64,000 nucleotides of DNA from positions 365,800,001 through 365,864,000 of the forward strand of contig OZ024741.1 in the NCBI GenBank assembly GCA_964016885.1, read 5' to 3'. The position numbers and the translations under genes are program-made. The DNA is from Eledone cirrhosa. Taxonomy: Eukaryota. How positions within the stretch are numbered: the first letter of the stretch is position 1; every line of letters starts with the position of its first letter. The notes under the pieces are model-generated. The model did no database searches and was not told the DNA's origin. It saw nothing but the letters and a program-made list of their open reading frames with translations. Shown here in pieces: positions 51,131-64,000 of the stretch.

Positions 51131-51682
51131 GGCGATGAATTAGTTTTGCGATGAATTAGTTTTGATAGACAGACTGAATAAAAAATGGCGTAGGCATACA
51201 ACACAACAGGAGGAACAATGAATATAACACCACTGACGATGTTGCAGATGTGCAACGAAAGATTTATGTAAATTATGTAAACTATATATATATATATGTG
51301 TTTGTGTCTATATTGTATCTGTATTATTTTTGACCGCCGGTGAATTGGCAGTATCGGTAGAGGGTCGGACGCCATGCTTTGACGCATAGAGTTACGGCCC
51401 TTGCCATTCTGAGTTCAAATCCCGCCGAGGTTAACTTTGCCTTTCATCCTTACGGGGTCGATAAAATAAAGTACCAGTAATACACTGGGAAATTGCTGGC
51501 CTTGTGCCAAAAGTAGAAACAATTATTTTTGACCGCCGGTCAGTCAATGGCAACATTGAGGACCGAGTAAGTTAGATCGCAGATATAATAAAAGACAGCG
51601 AGAAGCGAAAACCAACCAAACAGTGAGTGTGTTCTGTTATTAATTCTGGCAATATTACGCAAATATGAGCCTCCCCAAGTAT

Positions 51683-51690
<8 letters not shown>
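51130..51690 (+). mobile_element. Solo pLTR-like segment of PLE family 2, interrupted by a SINE
   Basis: Matches the reverse complement of 24770-25030 (caccactgacgatgttgcagatgtg, cagtcaatgg..cattgaggaccg, ttaattctggcaatatt). Confidence 0.7.
51335..51527 (+). mobile_element. tRNA-derived SINE with target-site duplication
   Basis: attattttt(t)gaccgccggt on both sides; A/B boxes; central domain gcctttcatccttacggggtcgataaaataaagtacc. Confidence 0.92.
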
Positions 51691-51719
<29 letters not shown>

Positions 51720-51843
51720 TGATTTCTAAAGAATGAAACAGTTCTTGTCCTGTAGAATCTCATCTATATTAAAACTTTTATACTCTGCTATGTATTGAGT
51801 ACCTTACTTACTGTGGTTACCTCCGATTCAACCCGGAATAACT

Positions 51844-51900
<57 letters not shown>

Positions 51901-52040
51901 TTAAAGTTTAAGCAAAGTTTCTTTGCTTAAACTTTAATCTGTTATTTTAATAAATATTTGCTCTACAGTTCTTATATATTTGATATATATTTATCCTTAT
52001 CGAGCCCTCTTTGGATTTTAGTTTTCAAATTTATTATTAT

Positions 52041-52158
<118 letters not shown>

Positions 52159-52857
52159 TCATATATAAATATATATATATACATATATATATATATAAAG
52201 AGAGAGAGAGAAGTATATGGCTAGAATAGAAAATGTCGAAAACATAAGTAACAACGAATATAGTATAATTAATGTAATTTATGATATAGAGGAAAGGGAA
52301 ATAATTAAGTCCACATTGAGGACAGTGGTCCGTCGTCAAGAAAAGAAGGGGAACGAGAACAAAATACGATGCTGGTTTGCTATAATTTCAAGTCACTATG
52401 GCTCGTAAACGCCTACTTCCATTTACATGATTACCCTACCTACAATCTGGGAGTCTAGGTTATTATTTAAATATATAGTATTCCTACTTCCTGTCAATAA
52501 CGTGAACAGCAATTGATCTCAGACTTAACACAGATTCCTCGACGAATATTTAAAACCTATTTAGTTTCAGGTTACTGCTTTGAAACTCAAAATATCTTTA
52601 CTCATATATATTTACACTATTAGCTATAAATATTGGTTCGTTACATTATGTTACAAATTGCTTATGTTAATCTTGATTATATAGAGTTTAAATAACAATG
52701 TTCAATACGTAAATGAAACCGAAAAACAAAAATTGATACACAACTTACTTTTCAAAAATTTAACATGTTCTTATTTAAATTCCAAGGCCTAGAGCGCTTC
52801 TCTTCTGACAGAAACGAACTTCAGAACGTTATATATATGTTTATATATATATATATG

Positions 52858-52921
<64 letters not shown>

Positions 52922-53050
52922 AATTTCGTATTTCTAAAGAAATAAGTATGTTTATAAATAAACTAAATAAACATTTAGAAAGCCATGGCTTGTGAATAAC
53001 ACTGGCAGCCAACGCCACCAAGCGGTGTTCGGAAAGAGCAAGGGGACACA

Positions 53051-53094
53051 ATCGTCGACGCATTTCGAACTGAACGGGTCCTCGTCAGAACGAT
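53051..53094 (-). ncRNA. Compact canonical type-I hammerhead ribozyme
   Basis: atcgtt CTGACGA ggac ccgttca gttc GAAA tgcg TC gacgat: 6-bp stem I, 4-bp stem II, GUC triplet. Confidence 0.82.
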
Positions 53095-53318
53095 CCCTCC
53101 CGCTCTCTTGCAACTACCGGACTTTGAAAACATGCGAAAATATATACTTTTTTCGTCTGTGTAAATGGCGTGATTAATCCCATTTACATATGAAGCTGTA
53201 TAAGTTGGCTCAACTTAAAATAGGATAAAATTATGATTCAGCTTCGATCATAGCTGTATACAGATATGTATTTCAAATACATATTTGTATACAGCTATTT
53301 TCGATGCTAAATTCTCAT

Positions 53319-53390
<72 letters not shown>

Positions 53391-53559
53391 TGTGAATGTG
53401 TGTGTGTGTGTGTGTGTATGTGTGTGTGTGTGTGCGCGTGCGTGTGTCTGTGTTTGTGTGTGTGTGTCTCTGCGCTTGTGTGTCTATGCGTATGTGAGTG
53501 CGTATGTACGTACTTAAATATGTATGTATAATATACTAAAAAATCACTCTGCAGCATTT

Positions 53560-54720
53560 CAACACACACATACAATAAGACACACTCCAGAGAACGCAGA
53601 AATCAGACACATCCTTAACAAAACGAACACCACACCCACGACACCACCAACACTACCACCGCTACCAGCTGCACAACAAAATAAAAGAAACCACACTCAT
53701 ATACAGCAAACGACACCGCATACAGAAAACTTCGTGTTTGGATGAAGGGTCAAGAACTGATGGCAGTCGTAGCACGAAGTAAAGAGATTGAGAAAGAGGC
53801 GGAGATTTTGGGCACCAGCGCATTTAAAGTACATGAATCTACATTGGAACTTGCGAAAGCTTTCCGCAAGGCGTGGGCCCCCCTAACGTAAGAGTCACCA
53901 TTAGGCTTTTAAAGGGGTTCACAAATGAACGCCGCCAAATATCGAGGTTGATCCACCCATTCTCCAACAGTAGCTGGACGGGAAGTAACCCTTCCTTTTT
54001 ATCTTAACTAACCAGTCAACATGCCTACTATAAGTTTATGTTGCATAGAGTTTTGGTGACTGCAGTCATTCTGGAAACACGACACCCACAGTTCACAAGA
54101 TATGGATTTGACAGCCGTCAGCGAAACCAGAATTTCCCATACGCACACACTAGCCCCTATTGTTTAGGACTATAAGATCTTTGCATCTCTTAGTTGACCT
54201 GGAATGGGAAGGAGAATGGCAGTGCTATTGAGGATATTCCTGGATTTCAAGGTACGGACCATATTCCTGGAAATAGACAGTTAGTTGCTGGGGCTAGGCG
54301 TGAGCAATAGCGGATATGTTGCTTTAAACTGTTGACCGTCTGCACATTAAACGGGGCTAGACGGCCGGATCTCTCCAGCCGCCTGAAAGACTTTCTAGAA
54401 ATGTATCACCCTCTATTGTTAGCGGGTGACTATTCTGACCATACACTTGTAGGCTGGATAGTTTGAAGAGGAGTGGGATGCCGTTCTAGGGTGCTCTTGG
54501 GGAGTAAGAATGTTTAGGATTAGTGGTGTTCTTGAATCCCGCCTCTATTGGGGAATTTCATTGTTAGATATTTTGTTATCCTTGTTTTAATCGATTTTGT
54601 TTTGTAAATCACACTGTCACTGTTGTTTTATAACATTGTCCTCTATATGTCGGCCCTTGTGGCCAATAAAGGAATTATTATTATTATTATCATTATTATT
54701 AGCATTATTATTATCATTAT
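53560..54720 (+). mobile_element. Old, internally deleted Tx1 relative (ORF1 tail, endonuclease N-terminus, 3'UTR, (ATT)n)
   Basis: ATG at 54021; DLTAVSETRIS, TIFLE, GARRPDLSSRLKDFLEMYHPLLLAGD match the EN of copy B; ctattggggaattt and cccttgtggccaataaaggaattattatt match its 3'UTR. Confidence 0.75.
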
Positions 54721-57043
54721 TGTTGTTGTTGTTGTTGTTGCTACTGCTGTTGCTGTTGCTGTCATTGTTATATATTTCATAAACACTTCAGCTTTCTGAT
54801 ATTTAGAGCGACGAGATTGTTCTCTCGATACTGTCACAATAAACAAAACATCAAAGCAATTTAATCTCATACATGCTTCATTCTAGCCGATAATATGTAA
54901 ATACAAATACGAATACGATCAAGAAAAAAACAAAATAAATCTAACTGATAGTAAACTACAATCTATGTTTCACTGCAAAATACCTGCGAAAGAATACGTG
55001 TAATTAAGCAGTTAAATATATTTGCTTATTTGCAGATCGATTCGGTCACAACGATTCTAATATTGATTTCCTTTGTCATACTGAACATCCAGTTTTGTAC
55101 AGAAAAACAGGAATGGAAGTTATGGACCTCCGTTGGTTTCGACGATGAGTGTTCCAGTTGTTTAATCAACAGAAAAACCTCCTCATGAAACTAAAGCGCA
55201 AATGACCAATCATTCCAACTTAACGTAAATTTCAGGGAGATTCTGCGTGACACTGGGCCTTGTATTTCCGGCACCGAAGAAGCTTCGTTTTCGAAGACGC
55301 TCCCTAATTTTGACAACCAAAAATTTGAAAAAGAATAATATACAACCTTCGGCCTCCAGGGCGCATGGTAAATTTTTGAGACTTATTTTGTAGGAAAAAA
55401 GTAGCTTCTTCGACGCCAGGAAATACGGTACATGTAGAGTTCACCCGACTGGCTTTCAAAAGGTTTTCAGGGCCTAATGTTTGCGAAGCATATTCCTTAA
55501 CCATTCGTCCATGCTGCGTCCATTTGGAAATATTGTTAGTTAATGTGTTTGTTGTTATTATTGTTGCATGTGTGTAACGCTATTTGTATTTATGCTTACT
55601 GTTTGTTTGAATCGCGCAACTAGATGTTTGAAAATTAGGGATTGATAAAATATGCACCAAACTTACAATAAAGGAGTATGTATGTCAATGAAAATGGACT
55701 AAAATCTTACATAAGCCGAGATGTTCATCAGGCAGGTGCTTATCCCGGTTTCTATCGCATGGTTAAACGCCCAGCTGTTGCTGATACTGAATTTGTTTCA
55801 GCTGAATATACTGGAACAACGTGTAATGAAGAAAATACAAAACCCAGTTCCTAATCCACAACATTAAAATCGTCAGTCCAACAGACTTACCACAGGTCAG
55901 GCGCTTCTATTTGTTTATATAAATTATTTCAAGCATGGACACAGGCTAATGAGCGAAACGAATAAAAAGAATTTAAATAAAAAATGTTGCATTGTCCCAC
56001 GTGTTCGTCCTTATTTTTCTCAAAACTCTATGTTGTAAGTTGATGGTTATATAACTGCCATTGTTAAGTAGAACGAGCGACTATATAGAGGTTTCTTCCT
56101 AGACTGGAATATATTAATTGTTATTGATGTTTATCTACAGACTAGCACTTATTGAGATCTATGATCGAAGACATTCCAGTCCCGACATTCCCGCTGGTAT
56201 AGGAGTTGCAGAGATTTGATTATCCAGCAATATATTTTAAGAGAGTTGTTTGTGTCTGAGGAAGATTTGATTGCTATAGTTATAGAATGGTGATCGACCT
56301 CATAGGTGTCACCTCATGTGTAGGAGAAAAATAAAACCAGAATCAAGAGGATTGGAACTTCAAACATATCAACCATGACTATTATCAAAGATCATAATCG
56401 TTCATCCACAGTTGCTCGACTAACTGAATTTACATGTAAGCGGACGAGCATTCCACAGGCAGGAATGTGTACCCTTATTGTCATTCTCAGACCGATTGAG
56501 AGACACACAATATGCGATATTTGAATTGCAAGTACGATCAATCAGCCTGGTCTCCACACAGTTTCTATTTAATTTAGTTTGGACTGACCGGAGGCTTTGT
56601 TAAAATATTTCCCCAAGATACTATGTACTGGAATTGATTCAGAGACCACATGACTTTCAAGCAGATTTTTACTTTCTCAGCTATGCCTGCGTCCATTACC
56701 AAATATAGTATGTCTGCGATTACATTAACCAACGACTCCTTTCTTTTTCAAGTAGTGTGTGGTTTATATGAGATTTGGCTGCTTTTCCATAATTTCAAAC
56801 AACTATAGAGAAGCTCTTACTATAATAGAAATACATTGGGTTATATGGAGTGGTGAAAAGTAAAGTCGATCACAGCAAGATTCAAACTTTATCCACACCT
56901 TCTATTGGCCTCCCTTCTGTCAGGTAATCAGACATAATGCGTCTAGAACTACATTATCTGATGTATTTTCTTTTAATTTTGAATGGTGGGAATTGACAGA
57001 AGGGAGTGAAGTTGTTTCACAGGAGGACAGCGTTTTGGGAGGA

Positions 57044-60000
57044 GAGCAGTGTATTGGCAGAAGAGCAGTGTATTGGCAGAAGAGCAGTGTATTGGCAGAA
57101 GAGCAGTGTATTGGCAGAAGAGCAGTGTATTGGCAGAAGAGCAGTGTATTGGCAGAAGAGCAGTGTATTGGCAGAAGAGCAGTGTATTGGCAGAAGAGCA
57201 GTGTATTGGCAGAAGAGCAGTGTACTGGCAGAAGAGCAGTGTAATGATAGGAGAGCAGTGTAATGATAGGAGAGCAGTGTAAAGACAGGAGAGCAGTGTA
57301 TTGGCAGGAGAGCAGTGTATTGGCAGAAGAGCAGTGTATTGGCAGGAGAGCAGTGTATTGGCAGAAGAGCAGTGTATTGGCAGAAGAGCAGTGTATTGGC
57401 AGAAGAGCAGTGTATTGGCAGAAGAGCAGTGTATTGGCAGAAGAGCAGTGTATTGGCAGAAGAGCAGTGTATTGGCAGAAGAGCAGTGTATTGGCAGAAG
57501 AGCAGTGTATTGGCAGAAGAGCAGTGTATTGGCAGAAGAGCAGTGTATTGGCAGAAGAGCAGTGTATTGGCAGAAGAGCAGTGTATTGGCAGAAGAGCAG
57601 TGTATTGGCAGAAGAGCAGTGTATTGGCAGAAGAGCAGTGTAATGATAGGAGAGCAGTGTAATGATAGGAGAGCAGTGTAAAGACAGGAGAGCAGTGTAT
57701 TGGCAGAAGAGCAGTGCATTGGCAGAAGAGCAGTGTATTGGCAGAAGAGCAGTGTATTGGCAGAAGAGCAGTGTATTGGCAGAAGAGCAGTGTATTGGCA
57801 GAAGAGCAGTGTATTGGCAGAAGAGCAGTGTATTGGCAGAAGAGCAGTGTATTGGCAGAAGAGCAGTGTATTGGCAGAAGAGCAGTGTATTGGCAGAAGA
57901 GCAGTGTATTGGCAGAAGAGCAGTGTATTGGCAGAAGAGCAGTGTATTGGCAGAAGAGCAGTGTATTGGCAGAAGAGCAGTGTATTGGCAGAAGAGCAGT
58001 GTATTGGCAGAAGAGCAGTGTATTGGCAGAAGAGCAGTGTATTGGCAGAAGAGCAGTGTATTGGCAGAAGAGCAGTGTATTGGCAGAAGAGCAGTGTATT
58101 GGCAGAAGAGCAGTGTATTGGCAGAAGAGCAGTGTATTGGCAGAAGAGCAGTGTATTGGCAGAAGAGCAGTGTATTGGCAGAAGAGCAGTGTATTGGCAG
58201 AAGAGCAGTGTATTGGCAGAAGAGCAGTGTATTGGCAGAAGAGCAGTGTACTGGCAGAAGAGCAGTGTAATGATAGGAGAGCAGTGTAATGATAGGAGAG
58301 CAGTGTAAAGACAGGAGAGCAGTGTATTGGCAGGAGAGCAGTGTATTGGCAGAAGAGCAGTGTATTGGCAGGAGAGCAGTGTATTGGCAGAAGAGCAGTG
58401 TAATGATAGGAGAGCAGTGTAATGATAGGAGAGCAGTGTAAAGACAGGAGAGCAGTGTATTGGCAGAAGAGCAGTGCATTGGCAGAAGAGCAGTGTATTG
58501 GCAGAAAGGCAGTGTAATGATAGGAGAGCAGTGTAATGATAGGAGAGCAGTGTATTGGCAGAAGAGCAGTGTATTGGAAGGAGAGCAGTGTATTGGCAGA
58601 AGAGCAGTGTATTGGAAGGAGAGCAGTGTATTGGCAGAAGAGCAGTGTATTGGCAGAAGAGCAGTGTATTGGAAGGAGAGCAGTGTATTGGCAGAAGAGC
58701 AGTGTATTGGCAGAAGAGCAGTGTATTGGAAGGAGAGCAGTGTATTGGCAGGAGAGCAGTGTACTGGCAGAAGAGCAGTGTAATGATAGGAGAGCAGTGT
58801 AATGATAGGAGAGCAGTGTAAAGACAGGAGAGCAGTGTATTGGCAGGAGAGCAGTGTATTGGCAGAAGAGCAGTGTATTGGAAGGAGAGCAGTGTACTGG
58901 CAGAAGAGCAGTGTAATGATAGGAGAGCAGTGTAATGATAGGAGAGCAGTGTAAAGACAGGAGAGCAGTGTATTGGCAGAAGAGCAGTGCATTGGCAGAA
59001 GAGCAGTGTATTGGCAGAAAGGCAGTGTAATGATAGGAGAGCAGTGTAAAGACAGGAGAGCAGTGTATTGGCAGGAGAGCAGTGTATTGGCAGAATAGCA
59101 GTGTAATGATAGGAGAGCAGTGTAATGATAGAAGAGCAGTGTAAAGACAGGAGTGCAGTGTATTGGAAGGAGAGCAGTGTATTGGCAGAAGAGCAGTGTA
59201 ATGATAGGAGAGCAGTGTAATATAGGAGAGCAGTGTAAAGACAGGAGAGCAATGTATTGGCAGGAGAGCAGTGTATTGGCAGAAGAGCAGTGTAATGATA
59301 GGAGAGCAGTGTAAAGACAGGAGAGCAATGTATTGGCAGGAGAGCAGTGTATTGGCAGAAAAGCAGTGTAATGATAGGAGAGCAGTGTATTGGCAGAAGA
59401 GCAGTGTAATGATAGGAGAGCAGTGTAAATACAGGAGAGCAGTGTATTGGCAGGAGAGCAGTGTATTGGCAGAAGAGCAGTGTATTGGCAGAAGAGCAGT
59501 GTAATAATAGGAGAGCAGTGTAATGATAGGAGAGCAGTGTAAAGACAGGAGAGCAGTGTATTGGCAGGAGAGCAGTGTATTGGCAGAAGAGCAGTGTAAT
59601 AATAGGAGAGCAGTGTAAAGACAGGAGAGCAGTGTATTGGCAGAAGAGCAGTGCATTAGCAGAAGAGCAGTGTAATAATAGGAGAGCAGTGTAATGATAG
59701 GAGAGCAGTGTAAAGACAGGAGAGCAATGTATTGGCAGGAGAGCAGTGTATTGGCAGAAGAGCAGTGTAATGATAGGAGAGCAGTGTAAAGACAGGAGAG
59801 CAGTGTATTGGCAGGAGAGCAGTGTATTGGCAGAAGAGCAGTGTAATGATAGGAGAGCAGTGTAATGATAGAAGAGCAGTGTAAAGACAGGAGAGCAGTG
59901 TATTGGAAGGAGAGCAGTGTATTGGCAGAATAGCTGTGTAATGATAGGAGAGCAGTGTAAAGACAGGAGAGCAGTGTATTGGCAGGAGAGCAGTGTATTG

Positions 60001-63000
60001 GCAGGATAGCAGTGTATTGGCAGAAGAGCAGTGTATTGGCAGAAAGGCAGTGTAATGATAGGAGAGCAGTGTAAAGACTGGAGAGCAGTGTATTGGCAGA
60101 AGAGCAGTGTAATGATAGGAGAGCAGTGTAAAGACAGGAGAGCAGTGTATTGGCAGGAGAGCAGTGTATAGACTGGAGAGCAGTGTATTGGCAGAAGAGC
60201 AGTGTAATGATAGGAGAGCAGTGTAAAGACAGGAGAGCAGTGTATTGGCAGGAGAGCAGTGTATTGGCAGGATAGCAGTGTATTGGCAGAAGAGCAGTGT
60301 ATTGGCAGAAAGGCAGTGTAATGATAGGAGAGCAGTGTAAAGACTGGAGAGCAGTGTATTGGCAGAAGAGCAGTGTAATGATAGGAGAGCAGTGTAAAGA
60401 CAGGAGAGCAGTGTATTGGCAGGAGAGCAGTGTATTGGCAGAAGAGCAGTGTAATGATAGGAGAGCAGTGTAATGATAGAAGAGCAGTGTAAAGACAGGA
60501 GAGCAGTGTATTGGAAGGAGAGCAGTGTATTGGCAGAATAGCTGTGTAATGATAGGAGAGCAGTGTAATGATAGAAGAGCAGTGTAAAGACAGGAGAGCA
60601 GTGTATTGGCAGGAGAGAAGTGTATTGGCAGAAGAGCGGTGTAATGATAGGAGAGCAGTGTAATGATCGGAGAGCAGTGTAAAGACTGGAGAGCAGTGTA
60701 TTGGCAGGAGAGCAGTGTATTGGCAGAAGAGCAGTGTATTGGCAGAAGAGCAGTGTAATGATAGGAGAGCAGTGTAATGATAGGAGAGCAGTGTAAAGAC
60801 ATGAGAGCAGTGTATTGGCAGGAGAGCAGTGTATTGGCAGAAGAGCAGTGTATTGGCAGAAAAGCAGTGTAATGATAGGAGAGCAGTGTAAAGACTGGAG
60901 AGCAGTGTATTGGCAGAAGAGCAGTGTAATGATAGGAGAGCAGTGTAATGATAGGAGAGCAGTGTAATGATAGAAGAGCAGTGTAAAGACAGGAGAGCAG
61001 TGTATTGGCAGGAGAGAAGTGTATTGGCAGAAGAGCGGTGTAATGATAGGAGAGCAGTGTAATGATCGGAGAGCAGTGTAAAGACAGGAGATCAGTGTAT
61101 TGGCAGGAGAGCAGTGTATTGGCAGAAGAGCAGTGTATTGGCAGAAGAGCAGTGTAATGATAGGAGAGCAGTGTAAAGACAGGAGTGCAGTGTATTGGCA
61201 GGCGAGCATTGTATTGGCAGAAGAGCAGTGTATTGTCAGAAGAGCAGTGTAATGATAGGAGAGCAGTGTAATGATAGGAGAGCAGTGTAAAGACATGAGA
61301 GCAGTGTATTGGCAGGAGAGCAGTGTATTGGCAGAAGAGCAGTGTATTGGCAGAAAAGCAGTGTAATGATAGGAGAGCAGTGTAAAGACAGGAGTGCAGT
61401 GTATTGGCAGGCGAGCATTGTATTGGCAGAAGAGCAGTGTATTGGCAGAAGAGCAGTGTAATGATAGGAGAACAGTGTAATGATAGGAGAGCAGTGTAAA
61501 GACAGGAGATCAGTGTATTGGCAGGAGAGCAGTGTATTGGCAGGAGAGCAGTGTATTGGCAGAAGAGCAGTGTAATGTTAGGAGAGCAGTGTATAGACTG
61601 GAGAGCAGTGTATTGGCAGGAGAGCAGTGTATTGGCAGAAGAGCAGTGTAATGTTAGGAGAGCAGTGTATAGACTGGAGAGCAGTGTATTGGCAGAAGAG
61701 CAGTGTATTGGCAGAAGAGCAGTGTAATAATAGGAGAGTAGTGTAAAGACAGGAGAGCAGTGTATTGGCAGGAGAGCAGTGTATTGGCAGAAGAGCAGTG
61801 TATTGGCAGAAGAGCAGTGTAATGATAGGAGAGCAGTGTAAAGACAGGAGAGCAGTGTATTGGCAGGAGAGCAGTGTATTGGCAGAAGAGCAGTGTATTG
61901 GCAGAAGAGCAGTGTAATGATAGGAGAGCAGTGTAAAGACATGAGAGCAGTGTATTGGCAGGAGAGCAGTGTATTGGCAGAAGAGCAGTGTATTAGCAGA
62001 AAAGCAGTGTAATGATAGGAGAGCAGTGTAAAGACAGGAGTGCAGTGTATTGGCAGGCGAGCATTGTATTGGCAGAAGAGCAGTGTATTGGCAGAAGAGC
62101 AGTGTAATGATAGGAGAACAGTGTAATGATAGGAGAGCAGTGTAAAGACAGGAGATCAGTGTATTGGCAGGAGAGCAGTGTATTGGCAGGAGAGCAGTGT
62201 ATTGGCAGAAGAGCAGTGTAATGTTAGGAGAGCAGTGTATAGACTGGAGAGCAGTGTATTGGCAGGAGAGCAGTGTATTGGCAGAAGAGCAGTGTAATGT
62301 TAGGAGAGCAGTGTATAGACTGGAGAGCAGTGTATTGGCAGAAGAGCAGTGTATTGGCAGAAGAGCAGTGTAATAATAGGAGAGTAGTGTAAAGACAGGA
62401 GAGCAGTGTATTGGCAGGAGAGCAGTGTATTGGCAGAAGAGCAGTGTATTGGCAGAAGAGCAGTGTAATGATAGGAGAGCAGTGTAAAGACAGGAGAGCA
62501 GTGTATTGGCAGGAGAGCAGTGTATTGGCAGAAGAGCAGTGTATTGGCAGAAGAGCAGTGTAATGATAGGAGAGCAGTGTAAAGACAGGAGAGCAGTGTA
62601 TTGGCAGGAGAGCAGTGTATTGGCAGGAGAGCAGTGTATTGGCAGAAAAGCAGTGTAATGATAGGAGAACAGTGTAATGATAGGAGAGCAGTGTAAAGAC
62701 AGGAGATCAGTGTATTGGCAGGAGAGCAGTGTATTGGCAGGAGAGCAGTGTATTGGCAGGAGAGCAGTGTATTGGCAGAAGAGCAGTGTAATGATAGGAG
62801 AAAAGTGTAATGATAGGAGAGCAGTGTAAAGACAGGAGAGCAGTGTATTGGCAGGATAGCAGTATATTGGCAGAAGAGCAGTGTATTGGCAGAAAGGCAG
62901 TGTAATGATAGGAGAGCAGTGTAAAGACTGGAGAGCAGTGTATTGGCAGAAGAGCAGTGTAATGATAGGAGAGCAGTGTAAAGACAGGAGAGCAGTGTAT

Positions 63001-64000
63001 TGGCAGGAGAGCAGTGTATTGGCAGAAGAGCAGTGTGATGATAGGAGAGCAGTGTAATGATAGAAGAGCAGTGTAAAGACAGGAGAGCAGTGTATTGGCA
63101 GGAGAGCAGTGTATTGGCAGAAGAGCAGTGTAATGATAGGAGAGCAGTGTAATGATAGAAGAGCAGTGTAAAGACAGGAGAGCAGTGTATTGGCAGGAGA
63201 GAAGTGTATTGGCAGAATAGCTGTGTAATGATAGGAGAGCAGTGTAATGATAGAAGAGCAGTGTAAAGACAGGAGAGCAGTGTATTGGCAGGAGAGAAGT
63301 GTATTGGCAGAAGAGCAGTGTATTGGCAGAAGAGCAGTGTAATGATAGGAGAGCAGTGTAATGATAGGAGAGCAGTGTAAAGAAATGAGAGCAGTGTATT
63401 GGCAGAAGAGCGGTGTAATGATAGGAGAGCAGTGTAATGATCGGAGAGCAGTGTAAAGACTGGAGAGCAGTGTATTGGCAGGAGAGCAGTGTATTGGCAG
63501 AAGAGCAGTGTATTGGCAGAAGAGCAGTGTAATGATAGGAGAGCAGTGTAATGATAGGAGAGCAGTGTAAAGAAATGAGAGCAGTGTATTGGCAGGAGAG
63601 CAGTGTATTGGCAGAAGAGCAGTGTATTGGCAGAAAAGCAGTGTAATGATAGGAGAGCAGTGTAAAGACAGGAGTGCAGTGTATTGGCAGAAGAGCAGTG
63701 TAATGATAGGAGAACAGTGTAATGATAGGAGAGCAGTGTAAAGACAGGAGATCAGTGTATTGGCAGGAGAGCAGTGTATTGGCAGGAGAGCAGTGTATTG
63801 GCAGAAAAGCAGTGTAATGTTAGGAGAGCAGTGTATAGACTGGAGAGCAGTGTATTGGCAGAAGAGCAGTGTATTGGCAGAAGAGCAGTGTAATGATAGG
63901 AGAACAGTGTAATGATAGGAGAGCAGTGTAAAGACAGGAGTGCAGTGTATTGGCAGGAGAGCAGTGTATTGGCAGGAGAGCAGTGTATTGGCAGAAAAGC
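57044..64000. repeat. 19-bp tandem satellite (~365 units, runs off the right edge)
   Basis: Constant gagcagtgta plus a 9-nt variable part (ttggcagaa, ttggcagga, atgatagga, aagacagga and others). Confidence 0.98.

Noticed and set aside
51335-51430. tRNA gene
   Set aside because: A/B boxes are present, but there is no cloverleaf and it is the head of a multi-copy SINE
57044-64000. CRISPR-like array (constant plus variable parts) and 500-1600 aa ORFs
   Set aside because: The variable parts are only 9 nt and reused hundreds of times, there are no cas genes and the context is eukaryotic; the ORFs arise because the 19-mer lacks stops on one strand

Overview
AT-rich, microsatellite-dense eukaryotic (metazoan) DNA; the SINE and repeat style suggests a cephalopod such as Octopus, which is an inference. 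I find no convincing host gene, rRNA, tRNA or CRISPR array. The window is mostly retroelements. It holds one apparently full-length Tx1/L1-clade LINE (4075-10101, -), a second diverged copy running off the left edge with two in-frame 36-bp tandem expansions in ORF1, and two further Tx1 relics. It also holds Dong/R4-like 3' fragments embedded in (AAT)n, about ten tRNA-derived SINE copies, RTE and other LINE fragments, and many Penelope-like elements (RT + GIY-YIG, two families) inserted in (TA)n tracts, often as long fold-back inverted repeats. The last 7 kb are a 19-bp satellite with higher-order structure. The two most interesting signals are read directly from the sequence: (1) about ten type-I hammerhead ribozyme motifs in the Penelope-like repeats, several with a compensatory U3-A8 core and/or large loop-II insertions; (2) a conserved GGTAAGT splice donor overlapping the ORF1 stop codon of both Tx1 copies, followed by a pyrimidine tract and YAG, whose splicing would fuse ORF1 in frame to ORF2. 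All structures were folded and aligned by eye, so boundaries are approximate.
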